Source: a virus
Taxonomy: Duplodnaviria; Caudoviricetes
Virus record (IMG/VR): IMGVR_UViG_2706795949_000001
Location: 1-64,000 of that record
DNA: 64,000 bases
Reading direction: 5' to 3' (one strand)
In this document: positions 45,859 to 55,250 of the stretch, in pieces
How the letters are laid out: each line of letters starts with the position of its first letter
Numbering within the stretch: the stretch's first letter is position 1
The notes under the pieces: model-generated
What the model saw: the letters and a program-made list of their open reading frames with translations, nothing else
What the model was told of the DNA's origin: nothing
The model's database searches: none
Translations under genes and position numbers: made by a program

Positions 45859-46387
45859 GATTATTCTCCACGGTAATTGGCACCACCTTGCAGATGACTT
45901 TGTTTTCGGCGGCATCATTAGCCTTGAGCATCTTGAAGATGTTTTCTGCCTGATGCTGTTCACGTACCACGCGGACATTTGCGCCAAGAATATACGTGGT
46001 GTCAATCACCGCATATCCGACCGGGTCTGGGTTGATATCTTCAAGAGATTTCATCAGGTCGTCCAGCGCTTCATCTCTAGGCTTGGGTTCATAAATCTCT
46101 GGCGGCGGAACGTCAAGAGAAATAACGTGCCTATCCGAAATTCCTCTAAGATACTCGCGACGGAACTTCTTTGCCTTACGTTTGTCCTTGCGAGACATTT
46201 CGCCATGCGCCATCGAATACCAGTCGTATTTCTTGGCAACATATACGTCGTTGCATTCGTCGCAAATCCAGAACGTACCCCACGGATAAATAGGCTCGGA
46301 CCAGTGCTCGCCAGTTCTTGTCGGCGGGCTACAGGTGTGCGTGGCCTTGAATACCTCTTTGCTGGTCGGCACCCCAATAATCGGCAC
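45851..46387 (-). CDS. Hypothetical protein (HTC...CDEC Zn motif)
   Basis: ORF in operon; start estimated. Confidence 0.6.
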   Translation of the reverse strand: MPIIGVPTSKEVFKATHTCSPPTRTGEHWSEPIYPWGTFWICDECNDVYVAKKYDWYSMAHGEMSRKDKRKAKKFRREYLRGISDRHVISLDVPPPEIYEPKPRDEALDDLMKSLEDINPDPVGYAVIDTTYILGANVRVVREQHQAENIFKMLKANDAAENKVICKVVPITVENNRG

Positions 46388-46391
46388 AGCG

Positions 46392-47585
46392 TCACTGTCC
46401 CTTCTGCTTAAACTTGAGGCGTGGCGACCACTCTTTATCAATCAGGCCCTGAATTTCCGCTTTCTGATTATCGTCAAGCTCGTTGCCCTTGATGAGCTTA
46501 TCGAGGTCGGCCATATTGAACTTGCCTATCCGCGCCGCGATTTCCGGTCCGACTATCTTCGCGACTGCCGACGGATTCTTTACCGAACGCCGCCCAGTAG
46601 CCAAAATATCAACCTGGTACGTTTGACCCGAATCCTCGTCACGAGCCGCGAGTTTCGTAATGTCTTCTTCACGCGCGCAATCTGTAATAACCTTTTCGCA
46701 ATGGTCGATCAAACTTTGCAGACCCTCTAGTTTTCCCTGTAATGCAGCCCTGGTCAGTAGAGCCTGCTCGGGATCGAGAATCGCCAGGACGCCGCCCTTG
46801 TCGACGTTCTTCTGTAGCTCGGGGCACGTCGCGGAGATGGGGCAGAACCGGCAGCCGGTGCCGAGACGATACGGTGCCTGGTCGCGCTCGGTGGAAAGAA
46901 TGAGCGCGACAGTTTCCTGCATTTCATTCCAGGTCTCGACGCACTCTTCGCGCGTAATATATACCGCGGGCGTCTCGTTGAATCGCAGCAAATCCGCCTG
47001 GACCCAGACACCCTCTGGCTTCAATTCCTTGAATTCGATAAGCGCACACACTGCATAAATCCTGAATTGCAGCTTGTCGCGCACGTCGTCGAATCCCCAG
47101 CGCTGAGACACAGACTTGTAATCGACCACACGAATGGCACGCTCACCATTCGGACCTTCGACAATGTCGCAGCGGTCAAAAATGTAGGTCAACAAAATGT
47201 CGTCAACCTGCGTGGGGGTCCGAGTCTTTTTTTCAGTGCTATAAATCTCGATGCCCGAAAGATCGGTACGTTCATACCAATCTAGCGCGAGCTTCTTTGC
47301 GTCGGTGTAATCCTCGCTGCTGTAGCTGGAATGACCGAATACCTTCATGAATGCTTCATGCAGCAATTCCAGGAAATAATCCTTGTCGTCCCAGGTGTGC
47401 GTCTTGGCAAAATACACAGCCTGTACGAAATTCTCGAAACAGTCGTGGCACACGGTGCCGACCATTCCTCGGGTTGAGCCGGTGGGTGTGGGAATATAGT
47501 CGACGTATTGCGCCGCCCACTTCTGCGGGCACTGATTCCACACCAAAAGCGAACTGGCACTTACTGTGCCGGACGCTGGCCTCAT
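46392..47585 (-). CDS. Cas4/RecB-like PD-(D/E)XK exonuclease
   Basis: SASSL...QCPQKW, FDRCD, VDYKS, QFRIYA, CRFCP...C Fe-S cysteines. Confidence 0.85.
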   Translation of the reverse strand: MRPASGTVSASSLLVWNQCPQKWAAQYVDYIPTPTGSTRGMVGTVCHDCFENFVQAVYFAKTHTWDDKDYFLELLHEAFMKVFGHSSYSSEDYTDAKKLALDWYERTDLSGIEIYSTEKKTRTPTQVDDILLTYIFDRCDIVEGPNGERAIRVVDYKSVSQRWGFDDVRDKLQFRIYAVCALIEFKELKPEGVWVQADLLRFNETPAVYITREECVETWNEMQETVALILSTERDQAPYRLGTGCRFCPISATCPELQKNVDKGGVLAILDPEQALLTRAALQGKLEGLQSLIDHCEKVITDCAREEDITKLAARDEDSGQTYQVDILATGRRSVKNPSAVAKIVGPEIAARIGKFNMADLDKLIKGNELDDNQKAEIQGLIDKEWSPRLKFKQKGQ

Positions 47586-47637
47586 TTATGATCCTCCAAT
47601 TTGAACAGTAATTCTAGGTCGGATTCGTCGTAGCTAT

Positions 47638-47814
47638 TCACTCACGAACTCCTGCCAGAAATCCAAGAGACTCAATGGCGCTTTCCATTTTGTCGCGCAT
47701 AGCCTTGGCGAACTCCTTGAAATCGTCCTGCGTTGCGCCGATGCTGTCCACCGTTTCCACGGTCAGGGTGACGCCCTGTCCATGGAATTCCAGACTCATT
47801 GTTCCGTATGCCAC
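47638..47814 (-). CDS. Small hypothetical protein (58 aa), not in the ORF track
   Basis: VAYGTMSLEFHGQGV...LAGVRE fills the gap between whiB and the exonuclease. Confidence 0.55.
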   Translation of the reverse strand: MAYGTMSLEFHGQGVTLTVETVDSIGATQDDFKEFAKAMRDKMESAIESLGFLAGVRE

Positions 47815-47817
47815 CGT

Positions 47818-48027
47818 TTAAGCCTTTCCAGCCCATATTCCGTGCTTTGATCCGGTAACATTCCTGTAGTCGTCGCAATCATTAAATACAGGGCAGCTAC
47901 CACATATTTCTCGCGCCAGACTTCTCAGGTCCGACCGGCCACGACCGGGGAAGAAAATGTCCTCGTCGGTCGGGCTAGCCGGACCAGAGTCTTTACATGC
48001 GGCAGAATCTTTCCAGGTTTCGTCCAT
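47818..48027 (-). CDS. whiB: WhiB family transcription factor
   Basis: W...AAC, FFP, CGSCPV..DC, GIWAG. Confidence 0.92.
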   Translation of the reverse strand: MDETWKDSAACKDSGPASPTDEDIFFPGRGRSDLRSLAREICGSCPVFNDCDDYRNVTGSKHGIWAGKA

Positions 48028-48095
48028 TTGAAAAAAGGACGTACCATTTACCCCCTCGGGGGCGGGTGCCCCTTCGCCGCATATGCAGTCGTGAT

Positions 48096-48392
48096 TTACT
48101 CTGCCGGTGGGGAAATCGGCGGACTCAATGGTGACGGTACGCCACCAGTAGATTCCGAAAGCTCCGAATTCCTTTCGGGTGACGGTGACTGCTTCGGTTC
48201 GTCTGGAGATTCGTTTGCAGACTCCGGTACAGATGAGTCTTTTGGGGCTTCATCCTCCGTGGTGCCATTTCGCGGAGTGAAATCCTTGAGGCCGCTGTCC
48301 TTAATTTCCCTGGACTTGTCCTCGTCTCCGATAAAAGAGACCGGGTTCATGACTCGCTTGGTATTTGCCTGAGGGGTGGCACGGTTTACCAT
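48096..48392 (-). CDS. Hypothetical low-complexity protein
   Basis: 98-aa ORF coupled to the rusA stop. Confidence 0.55.
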   Translation of the reverse strand: MVNRATPQANTKRVMNPVSFIGDEDKSREIKDSGLKDFTPRNGTTEDEAPKDSSVPESANESPDEPKQSPSPERNSELSESTGGVPSPLSPPISPPAE

Positions 48393-48952
48393 TTGTTATC
48401 TTCCTTCAACTGTTCGATTGAGCCTTCTAGCTCAAATTGCTGTTTTTCCCTAGCCTCGGCGTACAGCTTCTCTACTTCGATCCTGACATCAAGTGGAACG
48501 CTTTCGATCCAATTCGGCAGACCGCCGTTCGCCGATTCCAGTTCACCACGAACCACGAGAATTATCATGGGGACCGTGGTAATTGACTGCTCTGCCTGGT
48601 GGATTCCAACCTTGAGATTGTCCACGTCATCGTGGAAACAAACGCCGGTCAGGGCGTCTTCAACCAGCTTTTGCATGTTGGTGGAGTCAACGCGGTTTTT
48701 GGTCCGCGTGTAGTTCCTCTTGTCCTTGTACTGATCCCGTCGCCGCCACGTGATTATGTCCAGCGCGTACGCCGGTTCCATCATGTATGCACCCTGGCTG
48801 ACGATTTCCTCACGCACCGCGTCCTTGAATGAGGCGCCCTCGGCATCCTGACCAAAAGACACGAATGACTTTTTTCCCTTACGAACGGCACCGGCGGGCG
48901 GGACTTTCCAGGGAAGCGGATTAACCGGGACCGTGAATATCTGCGTTATCAT
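48386..48952 (-). CDS. rusA: RusA-like Holliday junction resolvase
   Basis: VDSTNMQKLVEDALTGVCFHDD catalytic Asp pattern. Confidence 0.85.
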   Translation of the reverse strand: MITQIFTVPVNPLPWKVPPAGAVRKGKKSFVSFGQDAEGASFKDAVREEIVSQGAYMMEPAYALDIITWRRRDQYKDKRNYTRTKNRVDSTNMQKLVEDALTGVCFHDDVDNLKVGIHQAEQSITTVPMIILVVRGELESANGGLPNWIESVPLDVRIEVEKLYAEAREKQQFELEGSIEQLKEDNKW

Positions 48953-49224
48953 AGAAACACATTCACAAATCCGGCGACCAACCCGGCTGCGAGTGCTAGC
49001 AGGCATACCGCGATTGCTGCTGAAATCAGGATGATAATAACCATCGTGAACCAGTAACCGAATTTATAGCTGAAATCCTGGATCGGCTCTGCCGGCTCAA
49101 ATTGCTCGGTGGGGATTTGATCTTCCAGCGGCAAGGAAATCGGCTCGGTATTGACGGCATCCTCTTTGATGAAAGGATTGTGAATCAGCCACTCGGGGAC
49201 GCTATTCCTGTGGGGGTTCGACAT
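48949..49224 (-). CDS. Membrane protein (C-terminal TM)
   Basis: Long hydrophobic C-terminal segment. Confidence 0.7.
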   Translation of the reverse strand: MSNPHRNSVPEWLIHNPFIKEDAVNTEPISLPLEDQIPTEQFEPAEPIQDFSYKFGYWFTMVIIILISAAIAVCLLALAAGLVAGFVNVFL

Positions 49225-49417
49225 ATTTCTCGCCTCCAATTTCAATGACCGTGAGACTGTCCGCTCCGTCGAGTATCTGGAAGAAATCTGAATACTCGGA
49301 TTCGAGGTCGTAAATTACAGCCTCGCGCGGGGTCTTGACATTCTCGGGGTAATAACCCTTGGAAATACCTGGAGTGTAGGTGACCTCCACGAGGAACTTA
49401 ATCGGCTCGTCGCTCAA
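49202..49417 (-). CDS. Hypothetical protein
   Basis: 71-aa coupled ORF. Confidence 0.65.
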   Translation of the reverse strand: MSDEPIKFLVEVTYTPGISKGYYPENVKTPREAVIYDLESEYSDFFQILDGADSLTVIEIGGEKYVEPPQE

Positions 49418-49626
49418 CGTCCTGTTGCCTTTCTCTTGGCTCGTGCCTTCGCCTTCTTTTTCGCCTTGTGGGGAGCTTTTATCTTCTCGCGCTTTTGTGT
49501 TTCGCCGGCGACCAGTGCGATATATTTGGCAATCTCTGCACCGTTGCGCCCCATGATTTCCTGGCGCTTGCCGTCGTGCTTCTCCACTTTGCTCTCCCGT
49601 AGGCTAAATTTCAGTGTGCTACTCAC
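49414..49626 (-). CDS. Small basic hypothetical protein
   Basis: Lys/Arg-rich tail; coupled ORF. Confidence 0.6.
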   Translation of the reverse strand: MSSTLKFSLRESKVEKHDGKRQEIMGRNGAEIAKYIALVAGETQKREKIKAPHKAKKKAKARAKRKATGR

Positions 49627-50756
49627 TAGCTAATATCTCTCAGCGGAGAAATCCACGCCTCGTATCCAGCGCCACCCTGAATATAAGTGAATTTGTTCTG
49701 CTCAGAAACGCCCTGCTCAAAATAAATGGTAGCGTTCGCCCCAATTGCTCGCGACACGGCGTCCCTGACGTAGAGCGCATTCACCGATAATGCGGTGGGA
49801 ATATCGGGTCCGCCGGTTGCGCCAATAACGTCTTGGGCAGACTTTCCGGAATCAGTTCTCATGCTAAAAAGAAGAGAGTCTTTTGCGGCCAGCAAATTAA
49901 CGCGGCCCTTCTCGTCCTTTTTCATGATCTTGAAAATGCGGTCACACACGTCCCGATATTCGTCGGTATTGATGGTGACCTGTCCGGTGTAATCGTTGGC
50001 GTCGGTGCGCTTGAATGCCTGATGAATATTCCGATCAAAGCGAACCACTTCAACCTGGGTAAAATCGTCAGGCGTAATCCCCAGACCCTTATTTGTGGGA
50101 ACCACCAATGAATCCCCCGCGTGGTGAATCACGCCGGTCAGTGCCGACACCGGCACCGTCATGGGCGCGTCGACCAGCGGCGGAATCCCCAGCGGCACCG
50201 ACGCCGCGACGTACCGATTGGTCGCGAGGACGCCGTACCCGTCGAGATAGACGCCGGTCAGCTCGGGCGCGGTGCCATCTTCTTTCGCCGCCGCCCACGA
50301 TACGGCCTCCAGCTTGTCCGAGAGCGACGAAACGGCCACACCCCCCGTCTCGGTATAGGGTGCCCATTCGGGGAAATCAGAATGGCCGATGAGCGGCATG
50401 GTGCCGACGGTCGCGCCACGGGAATGCTCGCGGGTCATGGTCAGGCAGCCGGGTGCGTTTTCGTCATCCAGTTTCACGGTGCTGCCCTGGCCCTTGGGTA
50501 GCGTGTCGATAAATTTCGCGACGTGCGGCGAAATTTTCCAGGTGCCCTTGCCTGATATTTTGAGTCCGGCGACACGCTGTCGATAGAAAATACTGAGGTC
50601 CGTACTGGACACAAATACGTCCCCAGTGTTTTCATCGAAGTCAATAAGGATGCCCGAGGAAAACATCTCGCCCGTTGTATGCGGACTCGGTGAAACTCGG
50701 GCAGCCTTATTCAGCGCGTCGGCGATAGTCGACGTTTCGACAATCGCGTAGCTCAC
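49626..50756 (-). CDS. dnaN: DNA polymerase III beta sliding clamp homologue
   Basis: STDL, DFPEW, ELTGVYL, ATNRY, three-domain length; GTG start with AGGAG. Confidence 0.82.
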   Translation of the reverse strand: MSYAIVETSTIADALNKAARVSPSPHTTGEMFSSGILIDFDENTGDVFVSSTDLSIFYRQRVAGLKISGKGTWKISPHVAKFIDTLPKGQGSTVKLDDENAPGCLTMTREHSRGATVGTMPLIGHSDFPEWAPYTETGGVAVSSLSDKLEAVSWAAAKEDGTAPELTGVYLDGYGVLATNRYVAASVPLGIPPLVDAPMTVPVSALTGVIHHAGDSLVVPTNKGLGITPDDFTQVEVVRFDRNIHQAFKRTDANDYTGQVTINTDEYRDVCDRIFKIMKKDEKGRVNLLAAKDSLLFSMRTDSGKSAQDVIGATGGPDIPTALSVNALYVRDAVSRAIGANATIYFEQGVSEQNKFTYIQGGAGYEAWISPLRDIS

Positions 50757-50899
50757 GTTGAATTCTCCTTGTCTACGAGGACTTTGTTGTGCTTCTTGCA
50801 ATAAGCGACCACAGCAGCATCTACGAGGATTTCTACTTGCTCATCCGAAAGCGCCTTGAATAGATTTTCGACGATGCGAAAATCTTTGTCGCTTGCCAC
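50753..50899 (-). CDS. Small hypothetical protein (48 aa)
   Basis: TAGGAGG RBS before the GTG at 50899. Confidence 0.6.
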   Translation of the reverse strand: MASDKDFRIVENLFKALSDEQVEILVDAAVVAYCKKHNKVLVDKENST

Positions 50900-50907
50900 A
50901 ATTCCTC

Positions 50908-51495
50908 CTAAGTCAGGAATAGGGACTCGACGTAATACTCCAGCTCGTTGCGAGATGCCGTGCAATCATCGAGGACGCGGTGCGTCTTATTGGCGGGCGC
51001 GGCATTTTCAAGCAGTGCAGGCTTGTAGATGCGGGCCATTTCCTTGATGCTCGAAATGTCAATGTTTCGATAATGGAACGCGGCATTCAGGTTCGGCATT
51101 TGCAGCGACAGAAACTGTCGATCAAAATGAATGCTCGAACCGCACAGCGGGAGTTGTACGCGATTTTTCCCCAGTGAGTATTCTTTGAGCCAGTCAATTG
51201 CTTCCGTCTCGACCATCGCCTGGTCCATTCGGATATGGCTGTCGTACTTGCTCTGGATATCCTGGATCAGACCGTTCTCGGTGTGCATATTGAGAACGTA
51301 ATCATTGCCCAGCTCTTTGTGCGACAGGAGATTGACGTGATTGACTGTGTTTGAGTCAGACATAATCCAGCTACGCTCGTCGATCAATTCGAGTCGGGCG
51401 GTGTACAACTGGATGCCCAATTCAATCATGATGTTCTGCTGCGGATCAAGTCCGGTGGTCTCGATATCGAGAATCACGACCTTAGGTTGTGCCAT
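50908..51495 (-). CDS. Oligoribonuclease-like DEDDh exonuclease
   Basis: LDIETTGLD, MHTENGL, GSSIHFDRQFL, FHYRNIDISSIKE, HRVLDD closely match the Orn pattern. Confidence 0.85.
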   Translation of the reverse strand: MAQPKVVILDIETTGLDPQQNIMIELGIQLYTARLELIDERSWIMSDSNTVNHVNLLSHKELGNDYVLNMHTENGLIQDIQSKYDSHIRMDQAMVETEAIDWLKEYSLGKNRVQLPLCGSSIHFDRQFLSLQMPNLNAAFHYRNIDISSIKEMARIYKPALLENAAPANKTHRVLDDCTASRNELEYYVESLFLT

Positions 51496-51745
51496 TTTCT
51501 TCTGCCTCAATTTCTGCTCGGGTGTCGCTGTAAAGTTTCAGCGCCAGGTCAATTACGTCTTGCTTGGGAATTCGCCAGTCTCTGCCGATCTTAATTGCAC
51601 CCGGCAGATACTCGGGGTCTTTTAGCCACAGGCCCAGGGTGCTACGGCTGATGCGGAAAAAATCCTTGACTTCCGTCGCCGTCATTAGCTCCGGCAAATC
51701 CCGGACTAGGTGCTCTGCTCGACCTCGTCGTTGATCGTCATTCAT
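51482..51745 (-). CDS. Excisionase-like HTH DNA-binding protein
   Basis: LMTATEVKDFFRISRSTL...IKIGRDWRIP. Confidence 0.85.
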   Translation of the reverse strand: MNDDQRRGRAEHLVRDLPELMTATEVKDFFRISRSTLGLWLKDPEYLPGAIKIGRDWRIPKQDVIDLALKLYSDTRAEIEAEENGTT

Positions 51746-53259
51746 TTTCCTCTCTTTTCCTTTTCTTCCATCATGGCCTGAGCAATAGCCTTGGCAACGA
51801 GCGGATCGGTCTCGACGATTGAATCGGCAGTCTTTTTCTTGACGCCAAGAATTTCGTCTACACGATCTTCCACGCTGTTCTGGACTTTGTAATCCAGAAC
51901 CTGAATTGCCTGAGTTTTATCCGCACCGATCCGGTGCAACCGGTCTACCGCCTGTTGATTCAGCGGCGGATTAAACAGCAAATCGAGACGCTGACAATAC
52001 CGTGCCGACGTCATATTCAGTCCAACCCCAGCGACCGAATAAATACAGACGATTACTCCTGGCAGTTCATTCTCGGTCCAGGCATCTACGACGCCCTGAC
52101 GATCTTCGGCTTTAATGTCGCCATGCAGCACGTAAACCGGGTATGTTTTCTTTTCGCGAGTCGCCGGGTCTATGTACTTGTTATTGGGATGCTCAAACGC
52201 CTTCAACAGGCGCTCCACATATGCGGCCTGGACCTGTCGCCACTGCGTGAAAACAACCACGCGGTTGCCGTCCTTTACCATATTAATGGCATCCCACTCG
52301 GCGGCATCCAATTTGTCAGAATGGTCTTCGCCGCTTGCTAGCACCGTAGCGGTGGTGCCGGAAATTTGCTTGAGACGCATAAATTTGGTGAGCACGTTTC
52401 CAATATCTTCGGGCTCGCCATTGTCGTCTCGTGAAATTTGCAGATTCTCCAGAACTTCGTCATAAAGTTTCTGCTGCTTCGGCGTCAACCCGACTGCTCG
52501 GGTGATGTACTGGACCTCGGGCAGGTCGAGAACGTCTTTTTTCAGACGGCGGATCATGATTTCCGCCAGCTTTTGATTAAGCTGCATCTCGTTCTTGGTG
52601 GCGATGATTTGCTTATTCTCGTACCCACCGTAGACCGCGTAGTTATTCAGGAATCCATAGTAACTACCCGCCGCCTTAGGCGAAATCATGTACGTGAGCG
52701 ACCAGAGGTCGTTGACATGATTAAGAATCGGCGAACCCGTGAGCAAGAATTTACGAGTAATGGTATCCGCCAGTGCGTGCGCGGATTTTGTTCGCTGCGC
52801 CGTGGGATTCTTGAGCATATGCGCTTCGTCGAAAATCACAATGTCGAACTTGTGCGCCTGTAGAATCTCTAGGTGTGGCTTGACCTGCTCGTAATTAATA
52901 ATCAGGACTCGCGGCCCGGCAACCTGAGTGAATTCCTGGATCACCTTTTCGCGACGCTTCGGCGTTGTGTTGGGCACCACGGTGACATGGATGCAGTCGC
53001 CCATGAAATTCTCGATTTCGTTGAGCCAGTTACGCTTAAGCGTGGTCGGCGCTACGATCAGGAGGCTTTCGCTGCGCTTGAGTACCAGGTCAATTCCATA
53101 GACAGTCAGCGACTGTAGGGATTTTCCTAGACCCATTTCATCAGCCAGCAAAAAACTTTGCATGGCTGCTGCTCGCCGAATTCCTTCGACCTGATGCTGG
53201 TAATACTTGATGGAATCTTTGACGTATGGCTCAATACTGTTCCTGTTTTCCAGGGACAC
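51742..53259 (-). CDS. SNF2-family helicase
   Basis: LADEMGLGKS, DEAH, LTGSP, GVGLN, QAVDRLHRIG. Confidence 0.93.
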   Translation of the reverse strand: MSLENRNSIEPYVKDSIKYYQHQVEGIRRAAAMQSFLLADEMGLGKSLQSLTVYGIDLVLKRSESLLIVAPTTLKRNWLNEIENFMGDCIHVTVVPNTTPKRREKVIQEFTQVAGPRVLIINYEQVKPHLEILQAHKFDIVIFDEAHMLKNPTAQRTKSAHALADTITRKFLLTGSPILNHVNDLWSLTYMISPKAAGSYYGFLNNYAVYGGYENKQIIATKNEMQLNQKLAEIMIRRLKKDVLDLPEVQYITRAVGLTPKQQKLYDEVLENLQISRDDNGEPEDIGNVLTKFMRLKQISGTTATVLASGEDHSDKLDAAEWDAINMVKDGNRVVVFTQWRQVQAAYVERLLKAFEHPNNKYIDPATREKKTYPVYVLHGDIKAEDRQGVVDAWTENELPGVIVCIYSVAGVGLNMTSARYCQRLDLLFNPPLNQQAVDRLHRIGADKTQAIQVLDYKVQNSVEDRVDEILGVKKKTADSIVETDPLVAKAIAQAMMEEKEKRGK

Positions 53260-53261
53260 TT

Positions 53262-53648
53262 TTACCCCTCTCGGAGGATCACTTCGAGAATCTGCTCCGG
53301 ACCATGCTCGGCATTAATGCCCAGTGTCTTGAGCTTGTGATTCAGCGAACCCATTACCATCGACCAGGTGTGCTGCAAATCCAGCATGTGGCTAGAAACC
53401 CCACCATCAGAACAGGCAGGCGCACCGGCAGACGGGTTGAAACGCAAAAGCAGGTAATAAAGAATGCAGGTATCGGGGAGATTTAATTCCTCAACCCACG
53501 AGTCGACAATAAATCCCACCGCCTCGTGCCTCATTCGCTCCCGCTGATCCTTGTCGTGAATCTTGGTGATGTGTTCACGCATCTTGGAAAAGCACTCAGG
53601 ATCGGTGGGATCGAAGATAAACGGCTCATCTGGAGTTTCGTCGGCCAC
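53262..53648 (-). CDS. Hypothetical protein
   Basis: Start estimated at GTG 53648. Confidence 0.6.
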   Translation of the reverse strand: MADETPDEPFIFDPTDPECFSKMREHITKIHDKDQRERMRHEAVGFIVDSWVEELNLPDTCILYYLLLRFNPSAGAPACSDGGVSSHMLDLQHTWSMVMGSLNHKLKTLGINAEHGPEQILEVILREG

Positions 53649-53652
53649 TGTG

Positions 53653-53898
53653 TTATTCCACCTTAGTGATCTTGTATACGGAAAAATGCTGTGCGGTCTC
53701 GTCTTCGAGAACATAATCGTTGGCATCGGTGTTTATGTCATTCTTGACCTTGCCCGCCTCTTCGGGGGTCAAATAAACCCGATCGTCGCCCACGTACAGG
53801 GTTTTCGCTGGCGTGCCATTGAATGATGCATCCTCGGTGGCTGCGACCAGATATCCCTCGGTGAGATTAAATCTCTCACCGGACCAAATTTCTGTCAT
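53653..53898 (-). CDS. Hypothetical protein
   Basis: CAGGAG RBS; 81 aa. Confidence 0.7.
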   Translation of the reverse strand: MTEIWSGERFNLTEGYLVAATEDASFNGTPAKTLYVGDDRVYLTPEEAGKVKNDINTDANDYVLEDETAQHFSVYKITKVE

Positions 53899-53904
53899 GT
53901 ATTT

Positions 53905-54101
53905 TCTCCTGCCAACAGAAAGAGAGTAGAAAGCGGCGGGAATTAGTCGTGCGTAACTCGCTGCATTAATACAGCACTGACGTTTCTTGACTAATCCCCG
54001 CCGCTATAAATCGGTCACCCGTGTCTGGATCGGAGTTCCGCGCCCAATACTCGCCTAGCGCACAAACACAGGTCGTTACCGCGAGTTCGACCGATCCCTT
54101 A
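53905..54101 (-). ncRNA. Candidate structured intergenic RNA (two large stem-loops)
   Basis: 17-bp inverted repeat (53932-53948/53989-54005) with an inner hairpin, preceded by ATCGGTC/GACCGAT and ACCTGTGTTT/AGACACGGGT stems. Confidence 0.45.
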
Positions 54102-54431
54102 TTACTCTACGGGCGACTCGGAATCCTCACCGGGGGTTTCCTCGGCGGGCGTCTCCTCGGCGGGCTCCCCCTCCTCCTTTTCCGGCGCGGTCCAGGTCAG
54201 CTTCTCCTTTTCCTCCGGCTGCTCCGGCTCCCACGGACCCGGCTCGCCATCCGGCCCGTTCGGCACGCCGTAATTCGACACGATCGACGGCGGGCAGGGT
54301 GCGGGGCCGGTCGGCGTCTCGAACGCGCACCGATTTTCCGGCGCGGCGTCGGCGGCACCGACCCCGAAAACCAGGCCAACAGTGGCTGCGGCACCTGCGA
54401 GAATTCCTGCAAACTTCTGGGTCTTGAACAT
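54102..54431 (-). CDS. Predicted secreted Pro/Glu-rich protein
   Basis: Basic N-terminus, hydrophobic core, ADA-AP signal peptidase-like site, two Cys. Confidence 0.7.
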   Translation of the reverse strand: MFKTQKFAGILAGAAATVGLVFGVGAADAAPENRCAFETPTGPAPCPPSIVSNYGVPNGPDGEPGPWEPEQPEEKEKLTWTAPEKEEGEPAEETPAEETPGEDSESPVE

Positions 54432-54505
54432 TTTTTCTTACTCCTGTGTTGATGGGGTGCGAGAGAATTAAACTAACTGCGATTAAAGGGTTTAGAGATT
54501 TAAGG

Positions 54506-54552
54506 AAAAGGCCGGGAGAGCACCCCTCATTTAACTTTATGCTCTCCCGACC
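54506..54552 (-). terminator. Intrinsic terminator after the SSB-like gene
   Basis: GGTCGGGAGAGCA/TGCTCTCCCGGCC stem followed by TTTT on the - strand. Confidence 0.7.
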
Positions 54553-54587
54553 TCTCCTCAGGAAATACTATTCTGAGGCAGAGAAAC

Positions 54588-55250
54588 TCAGAACGGCATT
54601 CCCTTGTTCACGGTCGGCGGTGCGGGCGTTTCCGTTGCCGGTGCCGCCGGTGCTGCCGGTGCTGCGGGCGTCTCCGTTGCGGCGGGCGCGGGAGGTGCGG
54701 GCGGCGCGGTCGGCGCGGCGGGCGGCGGCGTCGGAGCTGCTGCCGACTGCGAGATATTCGAGATGCCGGAATCGGCGGTTCCTCCGGAAACCGAAGTCAC
54801 ACCAGCCCGAATCTGCTCTGCGGTGGGAATTTCACGCTCACGCCGAGTGTCGTCAAACAAATTCGGCTTTGCGTCAACCCACTGCTGCGCGACGGCGATT
54901 TCCTCGTCCGAAAGCGGCTCGACCACAATGTATTCTGCGGTCTGCGCCTTGTTCTTCTTCATGCGAAGTCGAACCGGAAGAGTTTCGCCGACATGATTGT
55001 TCAGGTTGTCCCACACAATGTCATTCATCCACATGACATGAATGAAAACCTCCTGCGTGGTGAGGTCGAGAATGTCGACGTAAATCGCCTTGCCGTCACC
55101 GGCGGGCGAATACTGCGTCTTCATGTTCTCGCGCTTGTCCACGATATTGATGAGCAGCGGGTGTGCCGCTGCCGCAACATCTTTTGCCTTCAAGCGGTCG
55201 CCTTCGATTTGCGAAGTCGGCTCGAAAGTTCCAAGCTGTCCCATTCCCAT
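54588..55250 (-). CDS. Putative ssDNA-binding protein
   Basis: Beta-rich N-terminal domain, Pro/Ala linker, terminal PF; GAGGAG RBS; function inferred. Confidence 0.45.
   Translation of the reverse strand: MGMGQLGTFEPTSQIEGDRLKAKDVAAAAHPLLINIVDKRENMKTQYSPAGDGKAIYVDILDLTTQEVFIHVMWMNDIVWDNLNNHVGETLPVRLRMKKNKAQTAEYIVVEPLSDEEIAVAQQWVDAKPNLFDDTRREREIPTAEQIRAGVTSVSGGTADSGISNISQSAAAPTPPPAAPTAPPAPPAPAATETPAAPAAPAAPATETPAPPTVNKGMPF

Noticed and set aside
48028-48050. T6 tract between an RBS-bearing ATG and the whiB frame as a phase-variable switch
   Set aside because: One extra T would fuse them, but whiB already has an intact in-frame ATG and full motif set; no evidence without reads
53940-53990. 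Hammerhead ribozyme (GAAAC and CTGA words present)
   Set aside because: CUGANGA and GAAA cores are not on the same strand in the required arrangement
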